64,000 nucleotides of DNA, taken from assembly GCA_012295275.1 (NCBI GenBank), contig CM022666.1:16430001-16494000 (forward strand), in the 5' to 3' direction. Both the position numbers and the translations under genes were made by a program. Positions 59,226 to 64,000 of this stretch are shown one piece after another; the first letter of the stretch is position 1; each line of letters starts with the position of its first letter. The stretch comes from Chrysomallon squamiferum. Its lineage: Eukaryota; Animalia; Mollusca. A model generated the notes under the pieces. It was given only the letters and a program-made list of their open reading frames with translations, ran no database searches and had not been told where the DNA came from.

Positions 59226-60509
59226 CGCGTCTATTATTCAAAACTTGAAACTCTAAGTAATCTGAAATTAAACAATTAAATTAGTTTGGCTTTTATTAGA
59301 TATTTATTACTTGTTATACACTTATTTATACTGTAAATGCAAATTTTTAAATTCTGATTAAAATTATTATTACAAATTAATGTGCACACAAACATATACA
59401 ATACACAAAACACAGTAAATGTCAATAATTTATGTTCCAGAATAAAATTAAGTTTAGAAAAAATTAGACTGTGCTTGATGAACCAGCTTGTCTAAACCTT
59501 TTCAAAGGACTATACAGGTTTTTTAACAAATATAATTTGTATGCTGATGACATTTAAAATTAGTTTGGTACAAACACAGTTGACAAGTATTTTAAAAAAT
59601 GTCTGAATTTCTAATTATAAAACTGATGTGTATAATAAATTGTATATACAACTTTTGCAAGTAATTCAGTATTCTCGTTAATAAAAATTTCTTTGGATTA
59701 TTTTGCTACATGAATATTTTAGTTATGCTCTGAAATAATGGATATATTTAACTTACTATAAATGAAGAAAAATATAAACTAACATTTTTATTATAAGTTT
59801 TTGTTTGTAAAAATCAAAATGATAAACGTTTATCACACTTTATGATTATCAGTTCATGATACATGATTTAAATCACTGGAATTTTGAGTTTATTTGTATG
59901 GTAAATATTATTAAAAACATCCCTCTATCTCACTTATCCTTCACATTAAATTCCATTACTAAGTTATAAGAAAATAATTTAATTATATACACGTTTGTTT
60001 ATTCATTAAACAAAACCACTGCTTTCAAACGACGAATAAAAGAGAAATTAATGTGTAACAATGGATATCGGTTATCACGGAAACACATAGATGGAGACCA
60101 AAATATGCAATATCCCATGCGATCCCACAAAATATGGAAATTAAACGAATTTTGATACTGACTATTAAATAATTATTGAATATTTCACAATGCTAAAATA
60201 ATTAGATAGCAGGAACATAATAAATGGTTAACTATTTCAGGTAAGAATAAAGTGCCGACACCAAATGAGTCATCGCCATTTCTGGTGACTAGTCCTTAGT
60301 CGTACAGCTACCGTTCTCTTTCATTTCCTGTCTAGTAACTGAGCATAGTATTGCACACGTCTAATACAAACCTGATAAAAGCACGTGTCGATGACTTTCA
60401 AACCATCAAAGTAGCATAACTTATCTCATAAAAAATCTTCAAAAATTCCAAGAAAGGATGCCTTTTAGAAAAACGCCATTTTTAATGAGTATTACGAGTC
60501 TAAATATAA

Positions 60510-60555
60510 CAGCCAATCAAAAGCATTTTAGACGTCATATCTGGGATCTCCCAAA
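60510..60555. promoter_or_regulatory. Possible promoter elements upstream of Mtl
   Basis: AGCCAATCA (CCAAT box), GACGTCA (CRE-like) and GGGATCTCCC (kB-like) in a CpG-richer patch about 1.3 kb upstream of the Mtl ATG. Confidence 0.3.
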
Positions 60556-60791
60556 TCGCTTCGTAGATAATGTTATTGCAGGTGCGCGTGGAACCAACGT
60601 CTGCGTCTATACAAACCAAAATAAATAACGCAAAATGGACTGAATGACCAAAATGGTTACGCCTTTTCTTATCGTTTCATTGCTTGCTCCATCAAAACGG
60701 AAGATCATTTATATGAAAAAATAAATTTAATTTTATTATACAAATTACATTGTTTAATTATCTCAAAAAACAAACAAAAAACCCAAAAACT

Positions 60792-60839
<48 letters not shown>

Positions 60840-62431
60840 TATCTAAATAAATAAATGCGAGAGAGAGAAAAAAAAAAGAAGAATGGAAAGATCAGGAATG
60901 CCTATCGAGGTACTTGTTAGCAACTTGGTTCAGGTCAAGCTGAAATACACACAATTCAATAAACAATGTAGTTACTATTATTAAGAAAAATGTTTATTTG
61001 AAATTAATTTTAGTTTTAAAAATCTAAACACCAACAATAACATTTTTACTAAAATCTTTATTTAACAATATTTGTTTACAAAATGCAACATCAGCACCAT
61101 GACATACTCATTTATAAAATAAAAACTTACAAATTAATATGAAGGCAAAACACACTGATGAGTGTTAAACATTTTGATCCCATCTCTTTAATAATAATAA
61201 TAATAATATAATAATAATAATAATAAAGAAAAAACATTCAATTGATTTATAAAACAAAGAAGACATTTCAGCTACATAGAATAGATAATATAAATTATTA
61301 TTATAATATAAATTCATATAACAACAACAACCACAACAAATGACACAGAAGAGTATTAAGTTTATTTATTCATTACAATGGATGATCAGGCAAACTGCAG
61401 GATTTGTTCAAGAAAATGTTCAACAGTATTAGTGGGGTGGTAAAAAAGTTTGTAGCATTTATTTTGATAAGTGCTATTTTAGCACATTATTTTGTTTCTT
61501 GCATAACTGAAATATATGACATTATATACGTGTATATATATATATATATATTCTGAAAAATGAACAAATGGTATACGTGTTTGAAGAAATCTCTATACAA
61601 ATACCAAACACTGTCTTTGAATTTCACTTAAAAAATGCTCTGAACTTTTGTTTCAACCCAATAAACAACACACTGGTTAACATGAAAAAGTATATAGGTA
61701 TGTACGATTAATAAATTAGTTTAAAAGTCACATTTGAACCAGTTGTGTATGTGTCATTGTTAGCCTGTCTTGTAGACAGTTGTTTGGTTAATGTATGGTG
61801 ACTTGGTGAAAACTACATTACATAAAAATGTGTAATAAATGCATATCTGATAATACTTAGAAAACTTTTTTATTTGTTTATTGGAAAAATAATATTAAAT
61901 GTGGTTGTTACTTATTCCTTCAGGTCACATTAGTATGGTCAATAAAAAATACACAATTTTTGATTCAATAAAATTATTTTATCAATATTATTATGTTTAC
62001 ACAACATTCTGGTTGTCATGGCAATCTAATCCAAATTTTGTTGTGTGTGAATCTTATTTTATAATTAATTTTCAAATTTATTATAATTAAAGCTAAAAAA
62101 GAAATAAAATAAAATAATATTATATATATATCTGTATTTGAGACTCACAGATGAACACACACACACAAAATGATTTACTACATTATGCACCATTCTAATG
62201 AGTATGGATTTTGTAAATGATTTTACTAAGCTTCTCTAAGCAAAATTAAATATTTTAAGCACCACAGTCATTTTATGTTGATCTTTATTCTAACTGAAAT
62301 CTATGTACAAGATCCATAATAGAATACTGAATGGATACAATTTTTTATTTTTTGTTTTTAAGCATTGAACTCTTACAACTGAATAAAAATTGATTACAAA
62401 AAACAGAAAGTCTTTATTTCAAGGTTTATCA

Positions 62432-62471
<40 letters not shown>

Positions 62472-64000
62472 ACATACACACACACTTATTATATTTAGTT
62501 TTTTTTCCCTTCAGGTCGAAAATTCTAAACACATGAATACACATACAAGGCAATGAACACCGAAAAATAGTAAATATATAAATTAATAAATTGAATTTTT
62601 TTTCTTTTACCTGTTTATAAACAATGAAAAACTAAAAACAAATGTTTATAACTAAATTATCATATTTCTAAACAACAATTAACAAGAACAGATAAAGCTT
62701 ACAACCAATAGATTTAAATTCGTTGTAAATAGATTTAATTTGATAACAACATGTCTATAACTGTCAAATAAACTTTGGTTTTGTTAAAAATTCAGTATAT
62801 AATTTATAAATATAAAAAAGCTAAAAGAACAAATTAGTTTGTTTAATTCAAAGCACAAATAAGTAAGTAAATGAATGAAAGAATTAATTACCAATCAGTC
62901 AATTATTTGTATCATTATGCTTAATACTCCGATAAATTTTCATGAACATATCCAACAAATAATATAAAAAAGATGAAAAAATTTAAGGGAATTACAAAAT
63001 TGTAAACACAATGTAAAATAAAAAAATATTTAAAATGACAAATAAAAATCTTTCAGAAACTGAGTAATGTACTACAGCAGTTTTGCAGTTGAGAATATTT
63101 TATTAAAGTCTTTGATTAACAAAGTTTTGTAACAGCTTTGCACAATTTGATCATTACTAACTCAGTAACTGTGACTTTCATCTTTTTCTTTTTTAAATTT
63201 AAAATATTTTAATTTACAAAATCTCAACTTTTAACAAATCAGTATCAATTATATAGATTATTTAAACATAACAATATTTTTCATACCATTTCAAATCAAA
63301 TTAAAACCAATATGTAACTGTAAATAAATAAATTACTGATAGAAAAAAATCACTGCATAAAGAAACAAATAGAATTTTGAATTTGTAAATTGTTTTATAA
63401 ATACTTATTTCAGCTGATATATAACAATATTAAATACTCAAAGTACAAAACAACTGTACATCAGTTGTATAAAATTAATATTTTGATTTTTCTACTGAAT
63501 TATAAATACAATTCTGTTTTGTCATACTTTCTACATATAACAAATAAAATAATCTAAAACGTTTATACATGTGTATAATATTAATAACAATTATCCACAA
63601 TCAAGAGAAACAAACCTTGAATGTGAGACTATTTGATTTGATGAAAATAATACAAAATGTCTAGAAATGATTAAAAAATTTCAAAATCTCCAAAACAACC
63701 ACAAAATCCCCTCAAAATAACATTCTATCAAAAATTTCAAAAACAGATAATTAATGAAAAAAAAAAATAAATAAATAAATAAAAATAAAAATAATAATAA
63801 TAATAATTTGACATGAGTGATAAAAAAGTTATTTAACTAATTAATTATGGGAAAAACTATGGCTTCTGAACGCAAGATCAATGAGATCAACATGAAATAT
63901 TTAGTGAAATTACAATCTTCATTTCCTTTATTTTTTTCAAACTATAATATGACTGAATTTAAAATTTACCAATAGTAAAATTAATTTATTTTATTATTAC

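Noticed and set aside
60900-64000. Possible gene at the right end of the window
   Set aside because: AT-rich sequence with no supportable coding exon; may be UTR or intron of a neighbouring gene.

Overview
Animal genomic DNA, AT-rich and microsatellite-dense, with spliceosomal GT-AG introns; the gene content points to a lophotrochozoan, probably a mollusc (inference). Left to right: two tandem ZNFX1 RNA-helicase paralogs on the minus strand (the first interrupted by a +1 frameshift and running off the window, the second an intact 3-exon ~1876-aa gene), separated by a Buster-type hAT deletion derivative carrying a nested MITE; a 5-exon regucalcin; a single-exon Toll-like receptor; a head-to-head CD38/ADP-ribosyl-cyclase-like gene remnant with a premature stop; a 9-exon NIT-domain transmembrane guanylyl cyclase with an incomplete catalytic site; and a 5-exon Mtl/Mig-2-like Rho GTPase. 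Both ZNFX1 upstream regions carry compact ISRE-like, STAT(GAS) and NF-kB motif clusters, suggesting an interferon-like inducible antiviral locus. Most short ORFs in the track are microsatellite or antisense artefacts. All gene models were read by eye; no database search was run.
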